Virus record (IMG/VR): IMGVR_UViG_3300012956_000012
Coordinates: 41,975 to 105,974 of that record
DNA: 64,000 nt
Source: a virus
Lineage: Duplodnaviria; Caudoviricetes
Reading direction: 5' to 3' (one strand)
Positions 43,363 through 52,930 of this stretch are shown here, piece by piece. The position numbers and the translations under genes were made by a program. The stretch's first letter is position 1; the number at the start of each line of letters is the position of its first letter. The notes under the pieces were generated by a model. The model searched no databases and had not been told where the DNA came from. It was given only the letters and a program-made list of their open reading frames with translations.

Positions 43363-43370
43363 CAAAATTA
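43363..43370 (-). promoter_or_regulatory. Bacteroidota-type -7 element (TAATTTTG)
   Basis: Matches TAnnTTTG with an upstream TTTG and lies 6 nt before the ATG. Confidence 0.65.
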
Positions 43371-43420
43371 GCTCTTACGCAGAAATTCTCAAAAAATGTT
43401 GCCTATTTTAGTAGGATGTG

Positions 43421-45493
43421 TTAAAATGGATTGTGTCTTCTTCTTCCGTAAGGATTCCTAATTTGGTTAACTTTTTTCTTGGGGGCTTCTTGTTGGTTAC
43501 GCATTGTCTCTTTCTTAGGTACTACTCCTTTTTCATCAAGCCTTTGTGCATAAACAAGTGCGTGAGAAAATGCTGCAATACGGTCATAATTGCCTCCTTT
43601 TCTGTAGGATGCCATTTCTTGAAGAAGTTCAATGTCATCTACAAAATCAACTCCGTATTTTATTATTTGATGTCCCTCTTCATCCTGTCCAACCACATGT
43701 TCCTCCTTAGTCCACTCAACAGTTGATTTAATTCTAAAACTATTGTTTTGTGTTGTTGGGTAAAGTCCGTATCTTGAATTTAACGATGGCTCCTTACCAT
43801 CTTTTGTTTTTGTAAAAGTAAAGGCTTTACATAAATATTTATCAGCTTCTTTTCTTAAATCTAAGTATTTCTGAAATCCTAAATCGGCTGCCTCAAGATT
43901 ACACTCTGCATTGTAAGCTTTTATTACATCTCTGGCAGTTACGTCAAATTCACTCTGCCTGTAAGGTCTTGCTACATAGGATGCTGCAATTCTTTCACAT
44001 GGGGAGTTGGGGGCTAGGTTTCGTCTTAATATAACATACAAGGCCCCTAGTGATCCGTCATCAGCTTGCTCTAATTTATAGTAGTCCATTCCAGACACAA
44101 ACATATCTTCCACCGGTGGTGTCTGCGGAACATCGATGTACATCTTGATTGGAGCATCTACTTCTGAGCCTTTGTATTCTAAATCAGCTAATTTTTTATT
44201 TGAGAATTTATAGACTGTTTTCGAACCTTCTTTTTCAAACTCAACTGCTTTGAATTGCTGATCATCTTGTAATTCTTTAATCCTTCTGTTAATCAGAGAA
44301 ACTGGGAAAGGGTTGGCGCCGGACGTCAGCCAGATGTCGTCAATATTTAAAGGGAAGTACATTCTTACCTTATCCTTTCCATCTTCCTCTTTCTGTTCTG
44401 CGATCATTTCTAGGATACGCTTTGTAGCCTTTTCCCAATCAGTTACATTTACAACAATCTTTTTTAATTCTGGGGAATTTATTCCTACAAGATTTGCCAG
44501 ATTAGTTTCGATTTTAGGTACATCCAAACGTGTTGACATTTGACCAGGTACAAAGATTGAGAACTTGTCTTTCTTACTTTCATTCCATGTTATAGCTTCC
44601 TCTGGAATATTTCTTTCCAATCTATTCCAGTCCATAGGTTTTAATCTGTAGGCTTCTGGATTACTGAGCATTTCTTTAGATGCTTTTGATAAAGTATCGT
44701 TACCACTTGTTCCGGCTAATATATGAACCAACTTTGCCCCATCTGGTGTTATAAAGGAAGGTAGTGCTGATCTTAACAACTCTCTTGGGTCCCATTTACC
44801 TCCCTCATCTAGGATGTACCCAACTGGGTTACCTCCGGCACCTTTCTCAGATTTCTTATCTTTACCTGCATCAGCATTTGTAATCTGTAAGTATGAGTGT
44901 GTAAAGCGAGTGTTTCCATCTTTTAATTTCAAACCTAATTCTACTTGCTTGTCCCAGTCATTTACTAATGTTGGTATATAGATAGCTGGGTGTAAATTTG
45001 TTAGGGCAACTTTGATTGTTTTCGATATCTGCTTTAAATCGGGATCTGATCCTCCAGTAATAGTTGTAGTTCCATTTGGTTTTGTAACGTTTAACCAGGT
45101 AGTTACACATGAGATGTTAGTTGTTTTGTGCACACCACGGGCTCCAAACATATACATACCCATATCAGTTTTTTCACAGTCGTGATAGGAATCAACAAAA
45201 TACAAGAAATTGTCTGTCAATGGTGGTACCCTAATAATCTCCTCCATCCTTCCGTAATTATTCTTTGTAGGGATAGGTGTGTGGAAGAAATTCAAGTTAT
45301 AATACAGTAGCGGGTGAATATAGTATCCACCAATCATAACTCCCTCTGTTATTTTTCGAATCTCTTCTTCATAAAATTGTATTACATCAGTTGTTTGTTC
45401 CCAGTAAGATTTTTTATGATTGTATACCGGTGGATTTTTCATGTTAATGAAAAGCTCCTTTGATGTAAGATATTCTGGTTTAGTCTCTTTCAT
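43421..45493 (-). CDS. terL: Terminase large subunit
   Basis: Walker A-like GARGVHKTT, Walker B ILDEGG, motif III AGTSG, and nuclease VSGMDYY...SLGA...GNYDRI. Confidence 0.85.
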   Translation of the reverse strand: MKETKPEYLTSKELFINMKNPPVYNHKKSYWEQTTDVIQFYEEEIRKITEGVMIGGYYIHPLLYYNLNFFHTPIPTKNNYGRMEEIIRVPPLTDNFLYFVDSYHDCEKTDMGMYMFGARGVHKTTNISCVTTWLNVTKPNGTTTITGGSDPDLKQISKTIKVALTNLHPAIYIPTLVNDWDKQVELGLKLKDGNTRFTHSYLQITNADAGKDKKSEKGAGGNPVGYILDEGGKWDPRELLRSALPSFITPDGAKLVHILAGTSGNDTLSKASKEMLSNPEAYRLKPMDWNRLERNIPEEAITWNESKKDKFSIFVPGQMSTRLDVPKIETNLANLVGINSPELKKIVVNVTDWEKATKRILEMIAEQKEEDGKDKVRMYFPLNIDDIWLTSGANPFPVSLINRRIKELQDDQQFKAVEFEKEGSKTVYKFSNKKLADLEYKGSEVDAPIKMYIDVPQTPPVEDMFVSGMDYYKLEQADDGSLGALYVILRRNLAPNSPCERIAASYVARPYRQSEFDVTARDVIKAYNAECNLEAADLGFQKYLDLRKEADKYLCKAFTFTKTKDGKEPSLNSRYGLYPTTQNNSFRIKSTVEWTKEEHVVGQDEEGHQIIKYGVDFVDDIELLQEMASYRKGGNYDRIAAFSHALVYAQRLDEKGVVPKKETMRNQQEAPKKKVNQIRNPYGRRRHNPF

Positions 45494-45504
45494 ATTAAAA
45501 ACAG

Positions 45505-45533
45505 AAAGAGCCCTCTTTAATTGGAGGGCTTTT
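45505..45533 (-). terminator. Hairpin just upstream of terL (terminator/attenuator)
   Basis: AGCCCTCT-TTAATT-GGAGGGCT, overlapping the preceding stop codon. Confidence 0.5.
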
Positions 45534-45996
45534 CAAATCTTGGTGAATTGTAAAATTTTTCGTAGTCTAGAGTTCGAAGTTTCTCTGCCATTCCTTGGCT
45601 GTGAAGATCGTATTGTTCTTTATCAGCTACGATTATTGATCCAGCTTGTACAGCGAACATTCTATCTTTTTTAGTGATTTCCTTGAATGCTGCATCTTGC
45701 TCTTCTGTTAGCTCCAAATCTACATCCATGAGTGTTGCTAAAATCTTGTGCTCACCTAAGATGTCTATTTTGGCGACATAATCTTGATAGAGTGGAGCTA
45801 CTTTAAAACTGTCTTGAATGATATTATCAATACATTGTTTTACTGAAGCATCGTCGTGAGTTATGTTTTTTGATTTTAACTCTGTCAGAATTTTTGAATT
45901 TGTTTCAATATTCTGCTGCAGACGTTTCAATTCAAAATCAAAAACTCCTAACGCCTCAAGCTCACTTCTTACTCTTCCCTGTAGTATTTCTTTCAT
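45517..45996 (-). CDS. Hypothetical protein
   Basis: Coupled ORF upstream of terL. Confidence 0.6.
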   Translation of the reverse strand: MKEILQGRVRSELEALGVFDFELKRLQQNIETNSKILTELKSKNITHDDASVKQCIDNIIQDSFKVAPLYQDYVAKIDILGEHKILATLMDVDLELTEEQDAAFKEITKKDRMFAVQAGSIIVADKEQYDLHSQGMAEKLRTLDYEKFYNSPRFEKPSN

Positions 45997-46333
45997 TTAT
46001 TTCTGCTTTTGCGTCTAATTTATCCAATTCTTCGTAAGAGATTGTCTGACCAGATTCGATGTGCTTAATATGTTCTCGCATCATCTGAACAGCTACTTTG
46101 TCAGCATCTTCTGTTAAACGATCTACAAATTTATTAACTGACTCTCTGAATGACTCTAAGGTTACTCGTACATTTGCATTGTGTTGAACAATTTGTGAAA
46201 ATGTTGTTCCAGAAATTGTAACATCTACTCCGTTTTCGTAGCCTTGATTTTTATACTTGTCCTCTCCTATCTTTGCAAGCATTTCATCCAACTCTTGTTG
46301 GACCTTGTTGATTTGTTCTTGTTGTTCTTCCAT
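45962..46333 (-). CDS. Hypothetical protein
   Basis: Coupled ORF. Confidence 0.6.
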   Translation of the reverse strand: MEEQQEQINKVQQELDEMLAKIGEDKYKNQGYENGVDVTISGTTFSQIVQHNANVRVTLESFRESVNKFVDRLTEDADKVAVQMMREHIKHIESGQTISYEELDKLDAKAEINERNTTGKSKK

Positions 46334-46339
46334 CTGTTA

Positions 46340-46555
46340 TTAAAAATTATCGTTTGCTGGTGCTTTTTCTCTAATCATTGCTGTTATACAAACTCTGTAT
46401 AAATCTTGATCAGATACAGTTAATAAATCTTCTTTGGTCCAGTTACCTTCACTTAGTATAGTCATCATTGAAAAAAGTGTCTGTCCTAATGTGTAATCTG
46501 GTAATTCTTCTCTAAATTTCGCCAGATCCTTATCTAGCAGCGCTCTCTTATTCAT
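46340..46555 (-). CDS. Hypothetical protein
   Basis: ATGA coupling to the upstream gene. Confidence 0.55.
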   Translation of the reverse strand: MNKRALLDKDLAKFREELPDYTLGQTLFSMMTILSEGNWTKEDLLTVSDQDLYRVCITAMIREKAPANDNF

Positions 46556-47199
46556 CCTATTGTTGTGTGTAAGTCTATTGTGAATGTATTTATTTTTGTT
46601 GGTGCCTTATAATAATGTATCATAAGTTTTCGATCGTTTCTACCTTTTTTAAATCCAGTTGTAGACATTACAAAAGTTATCACAGCTGTTCTGTCATTTT
46701 CCATCTCTAGCGTGGGAGTCAAACAACCACAACTTGGTTCTAGATTTTTAATCTCTAGTTTGTGACTACACTTCATTTTGATCTTAAACATTACAACCGG
46801 TCTTACTTCGTCAACAGATACTACAAATGTGCTGTCAGGGGTTGGTTGAAAAGTTACCACCTCTGGGTTCAAATTTTCCACTGAAATGGCTGAATCGTTC
46901 GGAGTTAATGTTTCAAGTGAATTCCATTTTGGAGGTTTGTTCTCATATTCCAAAAGTGCACATACACTTGATTTTACAGCAGCTTTACGATCGACAGGAC
47001 ATCCGCAAAGTTTACATGATCCTTTTGGTCCAATTGTTTTTGATTTTAAGTAGTCAAAAACACCTCCGTTTCCAGTTACTGCAGTATTGTGTTCACATGA
47101 CAAACAAGACTTCATCCTCTCTTGGTACCAAGCCTCATTCTCTGGAATTTCGTTTATATAAGCTGAAAGTATCTGTTTTCCCTTATCTATCTTTTTCAT
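46552..47199 (-). CDS. Zn-finger protein fused to a DUF1573-like Ig domain
   Basis: RMKSCLSC...CKLCGC...C in the N-terminal part; IKNLEPSCGCLTP in the C-terminal part. Confidence 0.6.
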   Translation of the reverse strand: MKKIDKGKQILSAYINEIPENEAWYQERMKSCLSCEHNTAVTGNGGVFDYLKSKTIGPKGSCKLCGCPVDRKAAVKSSVCALLEYENKPPKWNSLETLTPNDSAISVENLNPEVVTFQPTPDSTFVVSVDEVRPVVMFKIKMKCSHKLEIKNLEPSCGCLTPTLEMENDRTAVITFVMSTTGFKKGRNDRKLMIHYYKAPTKINTFTIDLHTTIG

Positions 47200-47596
47200 A
47201 ATGTTCGTTTTGTTTTTCCTGCATTTGTTCTCTTGTCAATCCAGTTGTAAGGTATAAGTTTGAGATTCTTTTGCTTTGCCTGTAAAGCCAGTTGTCTTGC
47301 ATTGATCTCATATCCTCTTCCTTATTCCTCAGTTTTTCTACCATTGCTGATCGATACTCAGTGTTGTAGAACTTATGGGCCTGTTTAAGTTTTCTTATTA
47401 ATGCTTTGTATCTGATGTAGAAAGTTCCTAAACCTCCCCAGTATATTGCATGAATACCTGGTTCTGTAGATTTGTTTTTTAACTGTTGAACTAAGAAGTT
47501 GTATACACTTAGTATTTGAGCTTCTGTCATTCCAGATTTTTCAACAGCTAATTTGATCACATCATTAGTCGTTGCTATCTCTTTTTTTGGTCCCAC
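47183..47596 (-). CDS. HU/IHF-like protein
   Basis: Helix-helix N-terminus followed by WGGLGTFYIR, the HU/IHF beta motif. Confidence 0.55.
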   Translation of the reverse strand: MGPKKEIATTNDVIKLAVEKSGMTEAQILSVYNFLVQQLKNKSTEPGIHAIYWGGLGTFYIRYKALIRKLKQAHKFYNTEYRSAMVEKLRNKEEDMRSMQDNWLYRQSKRISNLYLTTGLTREQMQEKQNEHYEKDR

Positions 47597-48062
47597 TTCT
47601 ACTTACTAATTTTACTGTAAACATTGGCTCATCTTTGTGAACCAAATAGTAGTTTCTTAATTCCAACAACCCGCTGTTTAATGTATCCATTCCGGTTCTC
47701 ATCGGATTCTTAATTGTGAATCCTAAATTTCTAAGATCAGCGTTCAATGAGTTTAAAGACGTTTTTTCAATGTTCAAAACATCTAGAGCCAATTTTCTAG
47801 ATTCCTTATCATTGATACCTTGCAGGAAATATATCGACAACAAGTGGAGCAATTGTGGTCTAAGTAGTTTAGTAGATGTTCCATCCAAAACTCTAGCTAC
47901 ACAATACATTGTGATCAATCCATATACCAATTCAAATTCATCTTCTGAGTAAATAGTTACTCCATATTTTGGGTTAAATACATCTTTAATATTTTGTGGA
48001 CATTCGTCTGTTTTTGTAAAAGCCACTAAGGTCTTTATGGCTGATGAAACTTCTTCCTGCAT
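47565..48062 (-). CDS. Hypothetical protein, possible winged HTH
   Basis: LNIEKTSLNSLNADLRNLGF. The start is reassigned to ATG 48062. Confidence 0.45.
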   Translation of the reverse strand: MQEEVSSAIKTLVAFTKTDECPQNIKDVFNPKYGVTIYSEDEFELVYGLITMYCVARVLDGTSTKLLRPQLLHLLSIYFLQGINDKESRKLALDVLNIEKTSLNSLNADLRNLGFTIKNPMRTGMDTLNSGLLELRNYYLVHKDEPMFTVKLVSRSGTKKRDSND

Positions 48063-48137
48063 TCGATATAATTTCTGCAAAGAAAATAATAAAATTCCAT
48101 ATTTCCAAACTTTTTAGGTTTATTTAACTAAATATGG

Positions 48138-48145
48138 TAATTTTG
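48138..48145 (+). promoter_or_regulatory. Bacteroidota-type -7 element (TAATTTTG) at the divergent junction
   Basis: Matches TAnnTTTG upstream of 48163, back-to-back with a minus-strand TTTCTTTG at 48078-48085. Confidence 0.6.
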
Positions 48146-48162
48146 ACAACAAAACCAAAGTC

Positions 48163-48375
48163 ATGGATTACGAAACTTATTTTCACGAATGTTGGGATCA
48201 GATTAGTACTGATACCGTTTCACCAGAGAAGTATCAATCAAACTTGAAACTGATTCAAGAGATTACTTATGAACTATATAGGACTAATGAGGCATACGGA
48301 AACATGCCAATTTCTTTAGCTGGAAGAGTTCTATCAACTTTTTTTGAGGGCCTCCGTGTGAATGGTCTTCGTTAA
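48163..48375 (+). CDS. Hypothetical protein
   Basis: First ORF of the plus-strand block, downstream of a promoter motif. Confidence 0.55.
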   Translation: MDYETYFHECWDQISTDTVSPEKYQSNLKLIQEITYELYRTNEAYGNMPISLAGRVLSTFFEGLRVNGLR

Positions 48376-48423
48376 AAAATACTAAATTTTACTATACTAT
48401 TTGGATTTCTTAGGAAGTGTTAT

Positions 48424-48571
48424 TATTTTTGTTGCTTATACTGTGAAAAATCTATAGCAAAAAACAATAAAAGGACATTTTTAAAATCCTCCTCGTAAGC
48501 TTTAACCTATTGTTTTTTTTGTATTTCACAGTACTAACACAAAAGGCTTACTTGGGGGATTTTTTATTTGT
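48424..48571 (+). promoter_or_regulatory. Promoter (TATTTTTG) followed by a structured 5' leader with alternative pairings
   Basis: Long stem 48483-48503/48542-48563. Its loop carries perfect complements of 48439-48448 and 48459-48469. Confidence 0.6.
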
Positions 48572-49405
48572 ATGGAATCAAAGATAGTTAGAATCCCTTC
48601 TCGGCTTTATAGCGATATCTACCAGGTTGGTGGGGATAAACTTCTTGCTGTATTCTGTACTTTAAAAGCTTATCGAGGAAAATCAGATAAGTATTATGCG
48701 TTCAAATCTAGGAACCATAAATCTATTGGGGGTTATTCTCTCCTAAGATCAAAAACAAATTTATCATTAAGCGTTATTCAAAAGTACGTGCCTATGTTAA
48801 TCAACATGGGCCTTTGTAGTATCGACTCATCTGGTAATGTTTCTATCGCTGGAAATGATAAATTGAAATCTAAATTTAACAACAAACTTGTGCCAATTAG
48901 AATTGGAAAGAATTTTATTGACACATCTTACAATACTATATCTGTTCGCCTTTCTTCTGAAGAGAGACAACAGCGTAGACAAATCGGTATAAAAACACAT
49001 CGAAGAGACTTATTATTGCAATTGAACGATCCTAAGACTGCAACTGCTTACAAAGAAGCTAAGCGTGTTGTAGACAAATATGGTTCAAGTATTTCCGTAA
49101 CAGAGTGTGTAGTTATGTCAAACGCAGGATTTGCCGCCCTTAAAGATGGCACACAAAACAATAAGCACAAAGGAGCCTACTGGAAGAAGAAACTCAAACA
49201 AAAAGGGTTGATCTCTACCAAGAGACGTTTTAAGCGTGTAATGAAGGCTTCCTTTGAAGAATACAAGCAGTATAGAGTTTTTTCTAACTGTCCACAGAAT
49301 ACCAAATACTCATACGGTTATATAGTAGAAGAATTAGTATCTAACTATAGTAGTATAGATTTAGTATCCGGGGAAATGATTAGTGAGCTTGCAATAGTTG
49401 GTTAA
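48572..49405 (+). CDS. Basic DNA-binding protein (HTH; replication or regulatory?)
   Basis: LRSKTNLSLSVIQKYVPMLINMGL is HTH-like; the protein is K/R-rich. Confidence 0.45.
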   Translation: MESKIVRIPSRLYSDIYQVGGDKLLAVFCTLKAYRGKSDKYYAFKSRNHKSIGGYSLLRSKTNLSLSVIQKYVPMLINMGLCSIDSSGNVSIAGNDKLKSKFNNKLVPIRIGKNFIDTSYNTISVRLSSEERQQRRQIGIKTHRRDLLLQLNDPKTATAYKEAKRVVDKYGSSISVTECVVMSNAGFAALKDGTQNNKHKGAYWKKKLKQKGLISTKRRFKRVMKASFEEYKQYRVFSNCPQNTKYSYGYIVEELVSNYSSIDLVSGEMISELAIVG

Positions 49406-49507
49406 GAAAAAATACACGGACTATATTTTTGTATTTAATTAGATTATTTTAACAGAATTAACTTTGTTATTACATTTTTTGTAATTAATTTTACTGAAAA
49501 TTATAGA

Positions 49508-50497
49508 ATGGCAAAAGAAAAAGAATCACTCGATGCTGTCTTAGCACGAATCAACAAGAGTGTTGGGGACGGATCAGTTTACAAATACTCTGACTACACA
49601 GGAATTCCAACAGAAAGGCTCCGTTCTGGATCCATTGGAATTGACATCCTCACCGGAGGTGGTTGGGTTATTGGACAAATGAATTACTTATCAGGATGGG
49701 AATCTTCTGGTAAAAGTACATTATGTCTATACGCAATTGCAGAGACTCAAAAACTTGGTGGAGTGGCAGCTTATATCGATCATGAGTACTCTTTCGATAA
49801 GACTTATGCCACATCTTTAGGAGTTGATGTAGATTCAATGATCCTAGCGCAACCAGATTGCATCGAAGATGGGTACCAAATTGCATTGGACCTTATTGAA
49901 TCAGGGCAAATCAATACGCTTATTTTTGATAGTATCGCTGCAGCTATTCCAAAGAAGGAACTTGAAGGTGATGTAGGAGATAAAACCATGGCTGAAAAAG
50001 CTAGATTAAACTCAATCAACTTTCCAAAGTTTTGTTTTCATGCAAAAAAGAACAACGTTACATTAATCTTCGTAAACCAACTTAGAGAAAAAATTGGAGT
50101 AATGTTTGGAAGTCCAGTAACTGAGCCAGGAGGAAATTCTATAAAATTCTTTCCGTCAATTAAAGTTGAAGTGCAGCAGTCCACAAAACTCAAAGATGGT
50201 GAAGATATTGCAGGTAATTTAGTAAAAGCTAACTGCAAGAAAAATAAAACAGCGAGGCCATTTAAAACTTGTGAGTACAATATTGTTTACGGGTTAGGTA
50301 TCGATCGTAATGCTGAGGTATTGCATTATGCAGAACAGTTAGGGATTATTGTCAAAGCTGGATCTTGGTATAGTTTAGCTGATGGTGGGACCAAAATAGG
50401 TCAGGGCGGAAATAAAGCTTTGGAGTTTTTAAGTGAAAATCCAGACTTAGTTGAACTTATTGAAGAGAGGATTTATGAAAACATTCTAAAATTATGA
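49508..50497 (+). CDS. recA: RecA recombinase
   Basis: GWESSGKST, YIDHE, IFDSIAA, FVNQLREKIGVMFGSP and KAGSWYS motifs. Confidence 0.97.
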   Translation: MAKEKESLDAVLARINKSVGDGSVYKYSDYTGIPTERLRSGSIGIDILTGGGWVIGQMNYLSGWESSGKSTLCLYAIAETQKLGGVAAYIDHEYSFDKTYATSLGVDVDSMILAQPDCIEDGYQIALDLIESGQINTLIFDSIAAAIPKKELEGDVGDKTMAEKARLNSINFPKFCFHAKKNNVTLIFVNQLREKIGVMFGSPVTEPGGNSIKFFPSIKVEVQQSTKLKDGEDIAGNLVKANCKKNKTARPFKTCEYNIVYGLGIDRNAEVLHYAEQLGIIVKAGSWYSLADGGTKIGQGGNKALEFLSENPDLVELIEERIYENILKL

Positions 50498-50940
50498 GTT
50501 GGAAAGTAAAGAGCTCTAAGTTTCCGAAAATAAAGGAGTGTAAATCGATCGAAGATTTCCCAGAAGGATGTATTGGATTTATCTATATGATCATGGACGC
50601 AAATGGGAAAATGTACATCGGCCAGAAATCTTTATATTCGATGCGTAAGAAAAATTTCGGTAAAAGGAAAATAGCTGAAATTACTGACAAAAGGAAAAAG
50701 ACTTACGAAATAGTCAAGAGTGAGTCTAATTGGTTGACCTATACTGGTTCAAACAAAAACTTAAATGAAAATATTAAAAACGGCCTTGGAATACAAAAAC
50801 TAATCTTACATTTCTGCTTTACCAAAAAGCAACTCTCATACTACGAGGTAAAAGAAATGATGATTCATGGAGTTTTGGAAGACCCAGTTAATTACTACAA
50901 CGATAACATCTTAGGAAAATTTTACAGTAAAGACGTATGA
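50494..50940 (+). CDS. GIY-YIG endonuclease (T4 endonuclease II-like)
   Basis: GFIYMI...KMYIGQK...ESNWLTYTGS...SYYE...YYNDNILGKF. Confidence 0.75.
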   Translation: MSWKVKSSKFPKIKECKSIEDFPEGCIGFIYMIMDANGKMYIGQKSLYSMRKKNFGKRKIAEITDKRKKTYEIVKSESNWLTYTGSNKNLNENIKNGLGIQKLILHFCFTKKQLSYYEVKEMMIHGVLEDPVNYYNDNILGKFYSKDV

Positions 50941-51266
50941 TTAAAGTAACAAGAATAATTAAAGAGTTCACTCCGGAGTTCATGGAACGTCTAGAGAAGA
51001 AAAAAGCTGACTATGAAGCAGCTATTGCAGACTTTCCAGATGATGAGTTAATACCTCCAACTGTAAAGGTCAAAGAAGGTGACATGATTGAAATGAAAGC
51101 CCCTTTCTATATTCACCCAACTAATATTAGAGTTATCTCAACAGATTTTGATGGCCACTTCTTACAAACTATCTGGGATGAGGATATTGATATCACAGAT
51201 ACACCAGCTAGAGTTTACAAAAAAATCGAGGAGTTTTGGAAGAAAGAACGAACGAGCTTGGCGTAA
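50937..51266 (+). CDS. Hypothetical protein
   Basis: ATGA-coupled ORF. Confidence 0.6.
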   Translation: MIKVTRIIKEFTPEFMERLEKKKADYEAAIADFPDDELIPPTVKVKEGDMIEMKAPFYIHPTNIRVISTDFDGHFLQTIWDEDIDITDTPARVYKKIEEFWKKERTSLA

Positions 51267-51355
51267 AAAACGACAGTGGAAAACTTCCAGTGGGAATTGT
51301 CATTCAAAGACAGTTCCCTAAAGCTTTAAAACGTATTTCAGAAGCATCTGAATGA
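51236..51355 (+). pseudogene. 5' remnant of a DUF5664-family gene
   Basis: The frame reads (TTG)EERTNELGVKNDSGKLPVGIVIQRQFPKALKRISEASE*, which matches the G.K.D.GK...FP.AL..I N-terminus of DUF5664. Confidence 0.6.
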
Positions 51356-51690
51356 GTAGATTTGAAAAGGTGGTAAAACTAAAAAATAATTTAATGGAAA
51401 ATATAGGTAAGAAAGAATCAGATGGTAAATTATATTATGAAATATCTTGGGAATTTTTAGAAGAGATAGCTAAGAGGATGGCTAACAATAAGAAAGAGAA
51501 GTATGATATATATAATTGGAAAAAACCGATGACACCAAATGGCGTAGAAGGTTTAAAACAAGCTATAACAAGACATCACATAGAAGTGATGAAAGGTAAT
51601 TATAAAGATGGTAATGAAAAACTAGGACACATTGTAGCTTATGCATGTAATGCTATGATGCTTTGGGAACAATTGAAAGACAATGGGTAG
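51352..51690 (+). CDS. DUF5664-family dATP/dGTP diphosphohydrolase-like protein
   Basis: GKKESDGK...KYDIYNWKK...AITRH...HIVAYACNAMML. Confidence 0.75.
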   Translation: MSRFEKVVKLKNNLMENIGKKESDGKLYYEISWEFLEEIAKRMANNKKEKYDIYNWKKPMTPNGVEGLKQAITRHHIEVMKGNYKDGNEKLGHIVAYACNAMMLWEQLKDNG

Positions 51691-52930
51691 TGATAAATTA
51701 ACATACGATCAAGTTATTTCTAGGCTTCTAGAAGACAATATCTATTATAAAAATAAAGAATTTACAATAATATCTAAATTTAAGGGTGGACGTTACCCAC
51801 TTATAGTGAAGGATAAGTATGGGTATCATAGAATGAGTGTCTACTCTCTACTTAAGGGTTCAAAACCATCCTCTAGATCAAGCTTATTCCCTTTAAATTA
51901 TTTATCTAATAGATTGTGCGAACTGTACACACACTTTTATAAGAGAGAGGTAGTGTTGATAGGTCCTTATAAAAAGGGCATAGACTCTATCCTAGTAAAA
52001 GATTCGTTTGGCATGTGTAATTGCACTGTATCAAATCTTTTGAAAGGTAGAAAACCCACAATATTATCAGCAGTAGATAAGACTGAATATTTTATAAATA
52101 AGTCTAAAAAATTATACGGAGATAGATTTACATACGAAAAAACACAGTATAAGGACAACGGTGATGGTGAGGTAATTATAACTTGCAAAAAACATGGAGA
52201 CTTTAAAACAACTCCAAATATACACATGCAGAGTCCTAAATGTAGTAAATGTCACATGAAAAATTTATCTGAGGAAGAAAGATTACGATTGTTCAAGACT
52301 AGTAGGTTATCAACTGGTGATTTCATAAATAGAGCAGTAAAAGTACACGGAGATAAATATGATTACAGCTTAGTTAAATACACTATTTCTCACAATAATG
52401 TAGATATTTTATGTCACGAGCATGGGGTGTTTAAACAAAAAGCAAACAATCATTTAAATGGATCTGGTTGCCCAGCGTGCAGCAACCAATACACTGTAGG
52501 AAGCTTAAAATGGTGGTGCCACTTATGTAATGGCAAGCAGGGTATCTTATACATACTAAAATGTTATAATAATGATGAGGTATTTATTAAAATAGGTATA
52601 ACATGTAATAGTATAAAATATAGATATAGGAAGAAAACGCAAATGCCTTATAATTATGAGGTAGTTAGTACTATATCAAGTAATAATTTAAAACTGTTGT
52701 ATCTTACAGAAGCGGCCTGCAAGAAAAAACTAAAACCTTATAGATACGCACCTAAAAATAGTTTTGGAGGTAGCCAAACAGAGGCTTTTATTTTAAATAA
52801 TGAAGGATACCACACAAAAGAAAATGAAAATGAAAATAAATTCAAAGACATTGAGCATTTGGTCCACGCCGTATGGAATGGGCTTCAACTTTTAGAAGCA
52901 ATTGAGAATGAGAGAAAAGAGATTGGATAA
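51683..52930 (+). CDS. Putative homing endonuclease (DUF723-like Zn repeats plus a GIY-YIG-like domain) with a fused DUF5664-like C-terminal tail
   Basis: CKKHGDF...CSKC, HGDKYDYS...CHEHGVF...GCPAC, and GILYILKC...IKIGIT...FGGSQTEAF, followed by EHLVHAVWNGLQLLE. Confidence 0.7.
   Translation: MGSDKLTYDQVISRLLEDNIYYKNKEFTIISKFKGGRYPLIVKDKYGYHRMSVYSLLKGSKPSSRSSLFPLNYLSNRLCELYTHFYKREVVLIGPYKKGIDSILVKDSFGMCNCTVSNLLKGRKPTILSAVDKTEYFINKSKKLYGDRFTYEKTQYKDNGDGEVIITCKKHGDFKTTPNIHMQSPKCSKCHMKNLSEEERLRLFKTSRLSTGDFINRAVKVHGDKYDYSLVKYTISHNNVDILCHEHGVFKQKANNHLNGSGCPACSNQYTVGSLKWWCHLCNGKQGILYILKCYNNDEVFIKIGITCNSIKYRYRKKTQMPYNYEVVSTISSNNLKLLYLTEAACKKKLKPYRYAPKNSFGGSQTEAFILNNEGYHTKENENENKFKDIEHLVHAVWNGLQLLEAIENERKEIG

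Noticed and set aside
198-47952. Many short plus-strand ORFs in the structural block, and short minus-strand ORFs in the 49-60 kb block
   Set aside because: They are antisense or alternate-frame shadows of long, well-supported genes.
51352-51690. Modified-base (Z-genome) pathway suggested by DUF5664
   Set aside because: No PurZ-like or other pathway gene is present in this window, so it cannot be supported here.
51352-52800. Group I intron interrupting DUF5664
   Set aside because: The insert is fully coding, with no room for a ribozyme core. Joining the flanks would still lack the central part of the protein.
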